Notes under the pieces: generated by a model
Told to the model about the DNA's origin: nothing
The model's database searches: none
The model's input: the letters and a program-made list of their open reading frames with translations, nothing else
Position numbers and translations under genes: made by a program
NCBI RefSeq assembly: GCF_006345805.1
Contig: NC_043003.1
Coordinates: 82,212,001 to 82,276,000 of the forward strand
Reading direction: 5' to 3'
Length of the DNA: 64,000 nucleotides
Source: Octopus sinensis
Lineage: Eukaryota
In this document: one piece after another, positions 26,845 through 40,441 of the stretch
Position numbering within the stretch: the first letter of the stretch is position 1
How the letters are laid out: every line of letters begins with the position of its first letter

Positions 26845-27018
26845 CCGTCACACACCGCTTGACAACTGGTGCGGTTTTATTTACGACACCGTAAATAAGC
26901 GGTTCGGCAAAAGAGAACAATTGGAAAAGTACCTGGCTTTAAAAAAAAATAACTAGCGGGACTGATACATTCGACTTAAAATTTATTCAGGCTGCAGTCT
27001 AGTGACTAAAACAAGAAG
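26845..27018 (+). mobile_element. SINE family A 3' half, diverged
   Basis: CCGCTTGACAAC...GCGGTTCGGCAAAAGAGAAC...GACTAAAACAAG, after a (GT)-rich tract. Confidence 0.75.
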
Positions 27019-27072
27019 ACATTTTAATATTTATATGTGCGCGTTTGTGCGTGTGTGCGTGTATATGTATAC

Positions 27073-27131
<59 letters not shown>

Positions 27132-27332
27132 TTAATAAAAGTTTGTAGTGAAGATTTTCTATCGAGTATTACTATCCACGCTTCAGGAATCCATCGTGAA
27201 CGTTGGACCAACAAAATGAATTCTTTTCATATGAATTAGTTGAAAAAAACTCGAGTTCATCTTGTTTTATGGGTTTTTAAGTAAAGGATGTTTTGGTAGT
27301 GGTTAATGAGATGTTCGTTGTCATTTCGGAAC

Positions 27333-27358
27333 TGTGTGTGTGTGCGTGTGTATGTGTG

Positions 27359-27408
<50 letters not shown>

Positions 27409-27435
27409 CTTCCTCAGTTTGTGTGTGTGTGTGTT
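27333..27435. repeat. (GT)n microsatellite
   Basis: Direct reading. Confidence 0.95.
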
Positions 27436-28120
27436 TGTATGAGGGTGTGTGAATTTTTAAACAAAACTTATAGGAGATATATTTTGAGGTTTGGTTAGAG
27501 CAGGAAGAATGAATATAAAAATATAAAACAGCAGCAAAAAAAATTATAATATAAAGAGATAATTTCTGGGATGGTTCGTTTCATGACAGGTCAGTAGAGG
27601 TCAAACATTTAATCAATTGAAAGAAACTGTTGTTTTTGTCACTGAATGGCTGACAGGTTTTCTTGGTCAGCTCTAAGGCTGCTTAGCTATAGAATTCACA
27701 AAATTGTTCAGGAACGCATTTTAAATGCGTTTGTGTATGCGAGTGTGTGTGTTTGAGAGAGAGAGAGAGAGAAAGAACTTATGTGACAGTGTGTGTGTGT
27801 GAGTGTGTTATGGGCTGATTAAGAGATAATTCTTCCAATATTTTAGTAACAGTAATAAAAAAACATCGTTAAATATATTCAGTACTTATTTGGTTTGGTT
27901 CATCTTGAAAAGCAAATTTTCTAATAAAATATTCTTATACATTTATAAATATTTTTTTACACGTTCAGTTTTGGTGAGAATTATATATTCATACACATAT
28001 AAACGCACACAGACACACATACACGCACAGATATATTTGTATATATTTATATATGTTTATATATACATACACACACATTGATATTCCATCGTTATTTTGA
28101 AAACTTTAAAGGATTGAATT

Positions 28121-28579
28121 TAACGCCTTACTTCCCTGGGCATGGATACATTGAAACTCCGACGTCTGACAGCTGACTGGGCAGACATCCGTAAAATTAT
28201 TAACCATCTTACTAACAATAACTCTGAGCACCTTTTCAAACTCCACCTGTCTAATACCCGTAGACATGTTTACAAAGTCAGAAAACAGCACAGCTCCCAT
28301 GACTTTCGGAAACATTTTTTCACGCTAAGAGTTGCTGAAGCATGGAACAAACCGCCGACACCAGTTGTTAGTTGTCGGAGCACTGCATCCTTCAAAACTT
28401 CCATGCTTCCTGAGATTCGCCAACACTACACCAGATTTTCTCTCCTCCATACACACGCAAGCATGCATCTGACTCATATACTATTCACTTTCCAGATATT
28501 TGTACATTACTGCACATGCTTTATACGCACTTTTGACAAGTTGTGGTGCACCTGAGCACTGTATACAATAATTTCATTA

Positions 28580-28615
<36 letters not shown>
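28121..28615 (+). mobile_element. 5'-truncated CR1/L2-like LINE 3' end with (ATT)n tail
   Basis: Open frame RLTSLGMDTLKLRRL...NTRRHVYKVRKQHSSHDFRKHFFTLRVAEAWNKPP matches the CR1-type C-terminus (RRLRGD...TRGH..K...FF..RV...WNxLP). 3' UTR, then (ATT)n at 28577-28615. Confidence 0.85.
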
Positions 28616-28617
<2 letters not shown>

Positions 28618-29882
28618 CACAACCAAGAACTATATTCTTTACTAATTTGATTGTTTAAATATTGTTGATGGTCCACATAGAGAGTATTCAACGAGCAGTC
28701 TCCTTGGAAAATATGGTGCTAGTTATGCACTCATTATTTTTCACATTGCATCAAGACGTATATCTTAACTATGGAACGACATCGAAGATATAATCTACCT
28801 ACAATATCTTTCGGCTAAAGAAAAATTAAATTGGTACGGCATTAACAAAATTTAGAATGCTGTTTAATACCTATATTTTCATACAAAAGAAAAGGTTCTT
28901 ATGGCAATGCTTGAACCCACAGTCAGAGAGATCAAAGTATAGAAGCTATTTCACTGAACTGGAGATGCTAAGAAAAAAAGTCGGTAATATGATGAAGATA
29001 CGGTTGCATGGTTCAAAATTTCGTTCAGTAACCGTGATTCTTTGTTCACATTGCGTGAAGATTTATAAAGAGAAATTATAGTAAGCCTTTCGTATGTATA
29101 TATATATATGGAGGGATGTGTGAGACAAAACCTTAATAAAGTTCACATCTTTAAATATATGTATTTATGCGCTTACTTTTACGCCACTTAAAACAATTGA
29201 AGCTCTCGATTTACGGTAAGATATCATTTCGTCAGTTGCTTAATGAATTAATAGGTACCAACTTCAGAATAACAACTCGGGTCGATGCACTCAACACTGC
29301 ATTTGAAGTCGGTTATCCAGTATCTCAATGATTTAATAATTGCTATATACATATAAAAATATACGTATATAATAGCATACTGATTTCAATTATTTGTCTC
29401 ATTATAATCATTATAATTATATTAAGATACAAATATGCTTTCCACCACTGCCTCTTTACTTGCACTCCGACTCCCTCTTAGTATTCGAATATAAATATTT
29501 AGATTATATACACATCCTGACATTCATAAATATAAACACACATATAAACAGAATGTTATTGCATTTTACCGTTCTATAATTCAAAAATACTTCGAATGCA
29601 GCGAGAGAGAGGAAGAGAGAATAAGAATACAGGATATCTATAATACGCAGTGAGGTCACACACTTATAACGTCTTTGTATTCGCCCTTCTCCCTGAGCCT
29701 CTTTGCGCTTAAAATTTCTGTATCTCTTTCAAACACTCTACTTCGCATATTTACGTTAACTCTCACTTCTTAAAATTCTCTCTCTCTTCTCTCTCTCTCT
29801 CTCTCTCTCTCAAAACACACACACACACGTCATCGTCAAGTTAATATTACCAAAGCAACATGTGCGAGTGCACACACACACA

Positions 29883-30212
29883 TTCGGGACCCCCTTCGGT
29901 CATGACGGACCATGGGATTGCATCTAGATAGTTACCCCCCCCCCGAGGCACAAGTCCGGGCAAGGTTGTTTATGGAAGACCGGCAGTCACCCATGCATAC
30001 CGGCCTCCCCTCTCCCCGCCACCAATGTTATCCAAGGGAAAGGCAACAGACGATACAGCTTGGCACCTGCAACTCATTTCTACAGCTGAGTGAACTGGAG
30101 CAACGTGAAATAAAATGTTTTGCTCAAGAACACAACACGCAGCCCGGTCCGGGATTCGAACTCACAACCTCACGATCGTAAGCTCGACGCTCTAACCACT
30201 GAGTCATGCACA
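29883..30212 (-). mobile_element. tRNA-derived SINE family C (CORE-like)
   Basis: Reverse complement: TGACTCAGTGGTTAGAGCGTCGAGCTTACGATCGTGAGGTTGTGAGTTCGAATCCCGGACCGGG (A/B boxes), then TTCTTGAGCAAAACATTTTATTTCACGTTGCTCCAGTTCACTCAGCTGTAGAAATGAG (CORE-like). Confidence 0.88.
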
Positions 30213-30457
30213 CACGCAGAAATGCAATTATATCGAAGCACTTATTATGCGCCTGTTATTTTATATACTAAGATACTGTTTAAGAATACAGAAAATACAC
30301 AGAGAAAGGGAGAACGCAAGAGTTTCAGACTCTAAATTCTTATAGAATCATCTGAATTATTTCCTTTTTTAATGTTACTCTCACACTTCTGTTTCCTCAC
30401 AACCATTCTCCAGCAGCAAACTATGCAAAAATTACGTGAGAACGTACTATTGTATTG

Positions 30458-30470
30458 ATATAGATAGATG

Positions 30471-30530
<60 letters not shown>

Positions 30531-30572
30531 TGTAGGTAGGTAGGTAGGTAGGTAGGTAGGTAGGTATGTAGG
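30458..30572. repeat. (GATA)n(GGTA)n compound tetranucleotide repeat
   Basis: Direct reading. Confidence 0.96.
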
Positions 30573-31315
30573 TATACGCATATATGCATATAAACATGCA
30601 TACATATACACAAATATACATATACACACAACATAGAGATATATATTTCTTCGTTGTTCAGCCTTTTCTAAGCTATCAAATCGAATAATATATAGTTGCA
30701 TGAGTGTATGTCTCTGTGTATGTCTATGTATGTTCATGTGTTCGCCTGCTTCTCTGTGCGTGTGTGTAGTAAATATCACATTCAAGAGAAGCTCAAACTA
30801 TAGTAGACAAGTTAAATCATATACTTCCCAAGAAACGGAGGAAACATTACACATGTATATTATTTAAATAGCCAACATTACTTTAACAATATCTTAGAAG
30901 ACGAAAAAATGTTGCTCACAACAAATATTCAACATGTGCGACCATAATTAAGGCCATTATCGATTAAGTAAATTCTAATAGAAAGTTATTCGATTATAGC
31001 GTTTGATGGTGAGTTTGGAGATAACGTTCACTAGGTCTGGGCCATAATATTACTGAAATTTAATATTCTGCTATTATGGCTGTGCTATTCAATTGCAGTA
31101 CACTGTTTCGCGTTAAATGTGCGAAATATGTCATTTAAATTTCAAAGGCAAAAATTCATTAGCTCTATATGTGTCATTTTTTCTAGTCTCTCATGATGTT
31201 TCGTCTGGTTTGTGGCTGGCCTTTCTCTTCATAAGCATGAGGAACTAGGCGATCCATTGGGAACCATCTCCGCAACAATAGCCTTGGGTCGACGAAAGCA
31301 TTCATGATCGTTTAT

Positions 31316-31545
31316 CGAGCTGGCAGAAACGTTTGCATGCCGAGCGAAATGCGTAGCCGTATTTCATCTGCCGTTACGTTCTGAGTTCAAGTTCCGCCGA
31401 CGTCGACTTTGCCTCCTCATCCTTTCGGAGTTGATTAAATAAGTACCAGTTATGCACTAGGGTAATTATAATCGACTTAACCCGTTTGTCTGCCCTTGTT
31501 TGTCCTCTCTGTGTTTAGCCCCTTGTGGGTAGTAAAGAAATAGGT
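31316..31545 (+). mobile_element. SINE family B, full length
   Basis: GAGCTGGCAGAAACG...GTCGACTTTGCC...AAGTACCAGTTATGCACT...GCCCCTTGTGGGTAGTAAAGAAATAG. Confidence 0.92.
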
Positions 31546-31655
31546 TTTAGAATATCCTCATCGGTTGTGGACTACAATGCTGTAGACGACTGTTCAGTAT
31601 TTTTTTTTTTTGAAGAACCTGCTCAAATGAGTTGCTTATAGTGATCACATAAAAT

Positions 31656-31880
31656 AAGGCGGCGAGCAGGGAGAAACCTTAGTGCGCCGGGCGAAATGCT
31701 TAGCGGTATTTTGTCTGCCGTTACGTTCTGAGTTCAAATTCCGCCGAAGTCGACTTTGCCTTTCGGGGTCGATAAATAAAGTACCAGTTTTGCACTGGGG
31801 TCGCTGTAATCGACTTAATCCTTTTGACTGTCCTTGTTTGTCCCCTCTATATGTAGCCCCATGTGGGAAATAAAGAAATA
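31656..31880 (+). mobile_element. SINE family B, full length
   Basis: AAGGCGGCGAGC...GAGTTCAAATTCCGCCGAAGTCGACTTTGCC...GGGTCGATAAATAAAGTACCAG...TAAAGAAATA. Confidence 0.92.
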
Positions 31881-32689
31881 TATAGTGAACACATATTTGT
31901 GAAGCACATTAGTTCTCTCTGTCTCTCTTTCCGTCAACTCGGCATTGTCTGAACTGGTACACGATCTGCCACACGTCATATGTCAAAGTGATCGCATACA
32001 CATTCATACATGCATGCGTACATACATAAATACATGGACGTATTTGTTTGAACCTCTATTTTACAAGCATATGTTGTGGAAAAAACACCCAGCTTGGTTC
32101 GCTTCATCAATTATTGAAAGATATTCTCAAGTGGTTTAGTAGGGCAACTGTATGATTCTATTTATATCAAAACATTGTTGTGACGGTATACTAGGAAAAA
32201 ATGTGAACATAAATATTTTACAAGTGTTCAGTATTTCATCATTATCTTCTTTGAAATCAATTGTATTGATGTTTATTTTTGTTCAAGAGACCTGTATGCA
32301 TGATGCTAATTTTTTTTTTTGGGTGATGATGATTTTTGATAGAGCGATCTGCCATCAAGGTGACGCACCACTACTTTGGTTTTGTTCCCAAAACGCATTG
32401 CAAATAGCTGACATACGGGTGAAAATTGAATGCTTGTCTCTCTAACAGAATTTTCATTTAAATAATTACAAATATTTCAGAAAAGTAACACAGTTATTAA
32501 ATATTGTACAACACATATCACACGTGGGTTATGCATGACGATGATGAAGGAGGTATAATGAGATGACGTGACTTTTCTACACGCATACATATACTTATAT
32601 ACACATAAACACACACACACACACTATATATATGTATATAAGCATACGTTTTTGTGCCTTTATATGTGTAATGTTGATACATATATTTA

Positions 32690-33088
32690 TATATATATAT
32701 ATATATATAATATATATATATATTATATATATATAGTTAATATATATATATTATATATATATATAGTTAATATATATATATATATTATAGTTAATCCAAA
32801 CAAGAAAACATAAAACACAAGAAAACACAAAAAACACAAAAAACACAAAAACAAACACAACAACGCGAGGACATGGAAGAAAAATAGTATTATTGGACGC
32901 TCAGGAAAGAAAGGGCTTAGCAACAAGTTGCTGACCGCATACCAAAAAGTTTTAGAAATAGCAGCCAAAGGACTACTATTTCCCTTTTCTACAAAAATAT
33001 GTCTTCACAGACGACAATATTTGTAACTCACATATGGCAATAAAGGAAGAAACATAATGAAATCAAACATATCTATATCTATCTATAT

Positions 33089-33119
<31 letters not shown>

Positions 33120-33212
33120 TCATATATATGTATGTATATATATCTATATCTACATCTATATATATATATTCATATATATATATATATATATGTATACATA
33201 TCTATATCTACA

Positions 33213-33246
<34 letters not shown>

Positions 33247-33260
33247 TATATACGTACACA
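32690..33260. repeat. TA-rich compound microsatellites flanking a short A-rich interspersed element (32795-32915)
   Basis: Repeated TATATATATAGTTAA and ATATATCTATATCTACATCT units. The central CAACAACGCGAGGACATGGAAGAAAAATAGTATTATTGGACGCTCAGGAAAG looks like a repeat-family terminus. Confidence 0.8.
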
Positions 33261-36200
33261 TTTATAAATAATTTTTATATAAGTAAACATATATCGGTTT
33301 GAATGTGTGTGCGTATGAGTGTGCAAAGATAGAGATGTGGTAGAGCAAGATACACACGCTTATGTGTATGTTTAATAAATGTCGAATAGAGTATTGTAAT
33401 TTAAAGGTGTGTTTCTTTATGAGTGTCATTATTTTATTTCAGCCTGATATCTATAGACCAAACTACATAATAGTAAATGTATACGTGTGACGCTGTTTGA
33501 AAGAGTGAATAATACTTTAATTTGAAGTAGAATTTATGGAAGCACGTTAGTTAGGTTGATTTCAATTGCTTTGTTTCTTTGTGGATATTTAGTATCCTTT
33601 CATTTTTACTCAGACAAAGGATTGTTTTTACTTGGACAAGTGATTCTGTTTGTTATTCCTATATAAACATGATGACCTGGGTTGTTTCAGGTTCAGTATA
33701 CGTCACTATCTTGACATTATACTTGTCTCCTGATCACCTTTAACTTGATTGAATAACTCATTCACTATACATCACTGTACTATATATCAATATTTATTGT
33801 TCATATTTAATCGGATGTGAAAACAAGGTCTTTCTTTTGAGGTAGTTAGAGTCTAACAGTTGCTATTCTTAGTGAGTAAAGCAAACAAGACAATGCTAGT
33901 ATTTTACAATTCTTCGTTACAAACAAAAGATATCATTTTATTTTATCTAACACATATTTGTGATTGTGGTAGAGATGTGGTATTTTTAATAGGATCTGAA
34001 TATTTTTAATAATATTCTCTTTGAATGTACAGTATAATATAGCTAAATTTTGTGTTCACTGTGCGGTGTTGAAAATATCCATACAGACATTGTATCCTTA
34101 AAATAAAAGCCGAATGAATAAAAACACGCTTAGAATTTTGTTGCATTTCACTTTATGAAAACTGGTTATTTTTATTATGAGGAAAATGGTGTAAAACAAG
34201 ATGTGCTTGTATAAAGAATTATAGAGTTCGGTGACAGTTACGTTGTAAAGGCATAGTGTTCAGAATACAACGTTAATAACCTAACCGAGGGGAGAATATT
34301 CTTTCCTAGGATAATATAATTAAACTCATTATTGACACTATTAACATTGGAGGATATAAATGTCACTATTTTCAAGAAAGCCAGAGAGACAGATAAAAAG
34401 ATGATTATGAAGATTAATGGGAAAATAAATCAAGGATGGGCAGAATGTTCTTGGACACAGAGGTGTAAGGATAAGTGAAAAAATTGTCACAGGTTTTGAG
34501 AAAATGAAAGTGTTGTTGACTATGCGGTAGGAGAATTTGGCTGTGTAACAATCAAAGTAGAATTCGAATTAAATTTTTAAAATTGCTTTAACCACAAAGC
34601 AATTAATCTTTTAATTTCTTTCATATTCTCTATCTAATTACTAAGAATATTTAATTAATGCCCAATCTACTTATATTCATCATAGAATCCATTCGCGTTT
34701 GAATGTCTCTCATACCGTTCTTCATTTGAAGAAGCGGTAATATATTCTGCAAGGCTTTCGTTGTTGTTGTACTCTCCCGTGGTCAATATGATGTTTAATT
34801 AAATTAGCAGCTATTGCTTGCATCACTAGTTACACCAATGCTACTCTATCACATATTTCAGGATCCGTATACATTATCTATACTGCCGATATTTTCTATA
34901 TCATGAGGCGCTTTTATTACTTCGTCGAATAACCGACATCTTTCATGAAAATTCGATAATTTTCCTGAGATGGAGGGTTTCTTACTAAACTTTATGCGAA
35001 GTTTTAACTTTAATGTAATTACTAATTTGTATCCTGAATATGTTAATATCTTTATATACATTTCGTGGTTCTCTCAGAGAATCCACCTCACTGCACTTTG
35101 CTATGTATCTCCGATTTAATAACCAGCGAATATGAATATGAATGTCAGTTGGAAATCGAACAGCCGTACTGTACCTCAGTCAATAAATATATTACTAATG
35201 ACTAATATTTCGTCCTCGTATTCCGGACTTGCAAAACTGAAGATCAATTTCTATGAACCTGGGAATATTTTTAGTTGAATTCATCTATGTACAATACTAA
35301 CATTTAACGTATCGTACTTCAACGAATAAAACGGAATGAATTTCGTCAATATTTGAAATCAATACTTACAGGGAGATACGTAAATAGAGTAAAGTATTTA
35401 ATCCGTGTATCACTCCGTTAATTACCAAATTTCTTATACGTTCTTATAATTATTAGCAATGTGTGCATGTCTCGTCTCTTCTTCATATAGTATGTATGGG
35501 TATATATGTATTCGTGACTGAATGTTTTTACGCCTGTACGCATGTATACGTGTTTCAATTTTCGCCAAAATTGAAAATATCGATGAACTACTGTGCACGA
35601 CTAAAGTCACATGTAAGCAATCTATTGCACAGTGCTCGCATATTAAAGATTATATTAAGTAAATTACATTAGAACATTATTTTACTGGAACCGTTCCCCA
35701 CGTTGGCAATAATGATCTTCACCTTTTCGTCCATTGGCCTTAGTTAAACAAAAGAACTGTAGATAAGTATTAATTATCTGTTGTTTTGTGAACGAAAGAT
35801 TAACTTGATAGCTGACGTAGGTCATTCTCTCTTAAAATATAAAATTGAAAGATTACACTATTTAAGTATCTTTCTGATGCTGTTTACAATTTACGTATTT
35901 CAAAAACTTATCGTATTTGTATTCGCTTTTAATGAAAGGATATCTGTTAAGAAGGTCAGTTACTACTTCCTGTCGTTTTCTTTGTCTTCAGTCCAGTGCA
36001 CACCTCATTTGTATTAATGCGTTCAGTAGTCTCTAGCCAATACCTTTATATATCTACGTACTTATGGCAAAAGACCAGCCTAACGATAACCTTAGCCTAC
36101 CAGATGGAAGCAACGTTCTTAATCATCGAATTTTTACTTTGATGTTATTATAGCGTGTTAAAAGGAAATTTCTATCACTTCTCTTCCTACCAGACAGGCT

Positions 36201-36949
36201 TCATTACTTTGTCGATTACTGTTATTATCTACAGTGCGTTCGTACAGCAATATAGCCGATTATTAATGGAGTTCTCTGTGGAGCTTAACTCAACAAACTT
36301 TGATTAGACCTGAATCAAAGATGGTGAATTGGTTAATTTCCTTGTTACTTGGGTTCTGCGCTTTAAAAAATACATTTCTCTATCATGTACTTCTTCATCG
36401 TACATTAATTATCAGTGAGATAAAGGTTTAATAATATTAAGGAAGAAATATCTATAAAATATTGCTTGAAGAAAGTTGTTCTAATCTCGAGGCATATTTC
36501 TAGCAAATTAATATAGATTTCTAATGAAGTTCAACATACTATACAGTAAATTTATACTATAGGATATAACAGAATTTCCGTTCATTACCAGATAGTATTT
36601 TATAAATCAAGTTAAGTTCACTTCTTCATTCGAAGCAACAGAATAGTTCATATGAAAAAATCGTTTTCTTAGTGGCTTTATACGAAAACATAAATAAAAT
36701 ATGTAATTTTCTCTCTGAGGCGTTTTAATGTAGACTATTACAATCAAGCACTGTTTTCATTCTTCAACTGAACTCGAAATACATGAAACATAAAGGGAAT
36801 GTTTCAGATTATTTCGTATGATCATGACTCTGACAACTACTAGTCACTGAATCAGTGATAACATCCAAATATACATCAGTGAATGGCTGCTGTTGCAGAA
36901 ATATGAACGGAAGACAAATGTAAGAATGTTTTACATATTGGTATCCAAG

Positions 36950-37900
36950 AACCTATGAATGTATCATTGAGGCAATATATATCCTTCGAAATTGCGCATG
37001 CTTCATTGAAGAATATTCATTCCAATATCATATGGATATTAGTAGTATTCTTCAAAGCTATTGTGTAAAATCTAGACTTAAATTTTTAACAGGATGTTTG
37101 TAATTACGTAAATTCATTCATATAATATTGCACGTTCATATAACAAGAAATAATACTAATATATTTGGACTTGGGCACGCAGTTTGGTTGACAACGTTTC
37201 GCCTGTTGTTCATCTGGATTTCTAAAGTTACCTGGGTATAATCAATAGCTAACGCAGTGTAAACATTTATTGTGAGGACACCGCTGCAAGGTTCCTGCTT
37301 TGCCCACTTGAAGACACTTGCATACAACATATACGTGGATGATCAACTGCTTGTGTCACACATATATTTGCGTTTTTAAGTGTGTATGCGTGTATGTGTG
37401 TGCATGCGTGTGTGTGTGTTTGTGCGCGCGCACATAACTGCTAATGTTAAATATGTAAACGCATGTGTATGTTTGTGTGTGAGCGCAACTGCAAATGTTA
37501 AATATGTAAATGTGTGTGTATGTGTGCGTGTGTCCATGTGTGCGTGTGTGTGTATGTGTGCGTGTGTGTGTATGTGTGCGTGTGTGTGTGTTTACCAGTG
37601 TGTTTTGTGTATATATACACACATGCATGTTAAGATGGATACTGGATCGGATAAAGTCGACAAGGTCTGAGATAAAAGTTTGAGTGTCAATCTTGACTTC
37701 TATCACCATCTTTGATTTATTAGTGTTCAAGTATGTTCTTGGTGTACCACTTGATTGTTTGGACAACTATCAATGATTGGATATTCATCATGACATTAAG
37801 CTCTCTCAATATCCTTAGAATTGATCTTGGATAATACTTGCCTTCCGTTCATTGTTTTGAAATAATTGCAAAGACGCTTCTAGCTCAAAGTTACATTTTA
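36950..37900 (+). mobile_element. Decayed non-LTR RT, split by a (GT)-rich tract (37350-37630)
   Basis: PLQGSCFAHL..AYNIYVDDQLLV just before the tract. SLSVNL and FKYVLGV (cf. FKYLG) after it. Confidence 0.5.
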
Positions 37901-38099
37901 TGAACTAATTGTAAACTAGGAATTACGTGGAAAATGAAGATTGTTGCTTCAGAAGAGAGATTTTGTGAAGAATGTAATGCTGAAACAAAACTGGTTCGAA
38001 CACACCCAAATTTAAAGGCAAACTCACCTCGTTGTATGTAATATTGGTATGAAATTATAGCACAAGGTTAGCAACTTCGTGGGAGGAGGTAAGTAAATT

Positions 38100-38238
38100 A
38101 GGGTATTTATTCTATTGACCCTGAAATTATGAAAAGCAAATTTGCCCTGCTTGGCATTTGAATTTATAATGTTAAGACGGAAGAAATTTCGCTAAGCATT
38201 TCGCCCGGCGTGCTAACGATTCCGCCAGCTCACCGCCT
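38100..38238 (-). mobile_element. SINE family B, 5' part
   Basis: Reverse complement AGGCGGTGAGCTGGCGGAATCGTTAGCACGCCGGGCGAAATGCTTAGCG. Confidence 0.85.
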
Positions 38239-38811
38239 CCCATTAGAATGTAATATTGACGCGAAATTTAAATAATCATCAGATAATGCAATTTAGGAAT
38301 GCTGGAAAATATATAAGTCATGGGGAGGGGTTACCCACTACGGTTCTTGTGTTATCAGAATCTGTTTTATCGAAATTCAAAGTAATACTACTAAGTTAAC
38401 TTGACGTATATAGGCATCAGTTATTTGGAAGCAGGTGACTGGTTGTCATGACAATTTACGAAACATTATAGAATTGGTATAAAATTACTCATTGTAAAAT
38501 TACTCTCGGCGAAATAAGCAGTGCACCAATAAAGAAAACTGAACCATTCAAGAAGTTATACGAATTAATTGTGTGGGGCTCCTAATTTTCCAGGTGTAAA
38601 ATCTGGATTTTATTGGTTATCCAGACGTCTCAGACAGAGCTTCTACAGTCGGTGACTAATTAAGAAACGTTTGCAGTGTTCTGTCGTGCAGACACTGAAA
38701 GCATGCAACTTTTAAATTAGTAGAAATATGAAGTTTGGAAGATATAATGTACACGGTAACAATGCACATTTTCATTCCAAACAATCACAAGGAATTATTC
38801 ATAACTTAAAT

Positions 38812-38916
38812 CAGTGGTTCCCAACCTGGAGTCCGCGGACCCTTACTGGTCTGCAAAGCTAGTACTGGGGTTCCGTAAACTAAATTCAAAATTACACACA
38901 CACAGACAGACAGACA

Positions 38917-38973
<57 letters not shown>

Positions 38974-39184
38974 TAAGGTATGTAGAAAAATACAACATGG
39001 ACAAGAACGTATAACTCTTAGAAGACGATACAATAAACATGGACAGGACATTCGAACCCCTCAGTCTTCAGTCAAGAACCGGATCATCGCAGTAATTTCG
39101 GCTGATTAATCTTATATATATATAGGTATATTAAAAGGGGTCTGAGGGAAAACTCATTTAAATAAAGGGGTAGGGAACAGAATG
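38812..39184 (+). mobile_element. hAT-type MITE with internal microsatellite and nested E1 element
   Basis: Starts CAGTGGTTCCCAACCTGG. Both parts are the reverse complement of the element at 41095-41384. Right end decayed (GGTAGGGAACAG). Confidence 0.75.
38977..39113 (-). mobile_element. Short element E1, copy 2
   Basis: Homologous to 219-348. Inserted in the (TA)n inside the hAT MITE. Confidence 0.72.
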
Positions 39185-40441
39185 CACTTGGACTTGTCTG
39201 AAGCAATGGAACGAAAGGTGCTGTGACATTCATAGTTCTATAGAGGAATCGTATCTCTACGAGTTTATTTGGCGCCACAGATATGAAAAGTATAATTTTT
39301 TTTATGATACTGGAGTGCAAGCTCAATTTCCTTAAATTCATAACATTCCGCTATATTATTTTATTTCATCATTGTTTTCTGTCCTTGACAGTTCATATGA
39401 TTTCGTTCCAAGGCCTATGACTATGGCAATAATATAATTATTATTCTAAACATATATAAATATTTTTTCAAGTAGCTGGAAGAAAATTAAAAAAAGATGT
39501 TGAAAAAATCATTACTCATCATTTTTTTTTCATTAAACATATATCTTTTTCTTAAAAAAACGCTCCCATCTTGTTTACTTGCATTAAATTCTTTTTTGAC
39601 AAAAATAGAAATTCAATTTCCACGGTTCCCTCCTTGTCTTCATTTTCAACGAAACTCCATTGCCATGGCAGCAAACACTCGCGAGGACACAGAACTTATT
39701 TCATTGGAAAATATATATAAGTTTAGCTGCTCCTATCTTGTTTATTATTAATTTTTCGAAAAAAATTGGAATGCAATAGCTGTCATCAGCATGCAAAAAT
39801 ACATTCGTGTAGAAAATTTGAAAACAATCCATTGGGAATTGAAAAATCTTCAACTGGATAGTTGAACACGAAATAAGTCCCAGTTTCTTTTCTTCATTGA
39901 ATAAACCGATAGTCGAAACTTGCCGTCTAAATAAAGTCAAATTTCACAATTTGACTTAGCTCTTAATATTAAACCACCAGCAAAGTTCCGTTATTTGTTA
40001 ACAAAATGTAGAATATTAGCCAAAATTTAACGAAAACGTGCGTCCTCACCCACATGTCTACATACATTTTTGTGTGTACACACACTCATATATATATATA
40101 TATCTCCACGCTGGCATATATGGAAATAGATCCACTTGCAGTACCGGAATTCCGATGCGCTTGAACTGCATTCCCAGAGCCTTAGGATAGTTGGTAAGTA
40201 TAGAGGCGCTTGGAAAAATTGGGTGGGGTTAATGGATGAAGAGTTAAGACTATAATAATGAGGATGAAGACAAATGTTTGAATATAGCCATGTATGTTAA
40301 TAATTCTCTATCTCACAAATTCAGACAAAAATTTATGAAACAGATGATCCATTCCTTCAAAATCATCTGAGATTAAAATAAAACGATCATTATACTTGAT
40401 ACTTTTAGATAATAGCAATAAAGTATTTTGTACCATAAAAG

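Noticed and set aside
30130-30212. tRNA-like sequence with good A and B boxes
   Set aside because: It is the head of SINE C, continuing into a CORE-like body. The other tRNA-like heads (50463, 50969, 55996, 63812) are likewise not called tRNA genes; no acceptor stem is evident.
40110-40230. GC-richer island open on both strands with a GTAAGT donor
   Set aside because: Too short to be significant, weak acceptors, no recognised motif.
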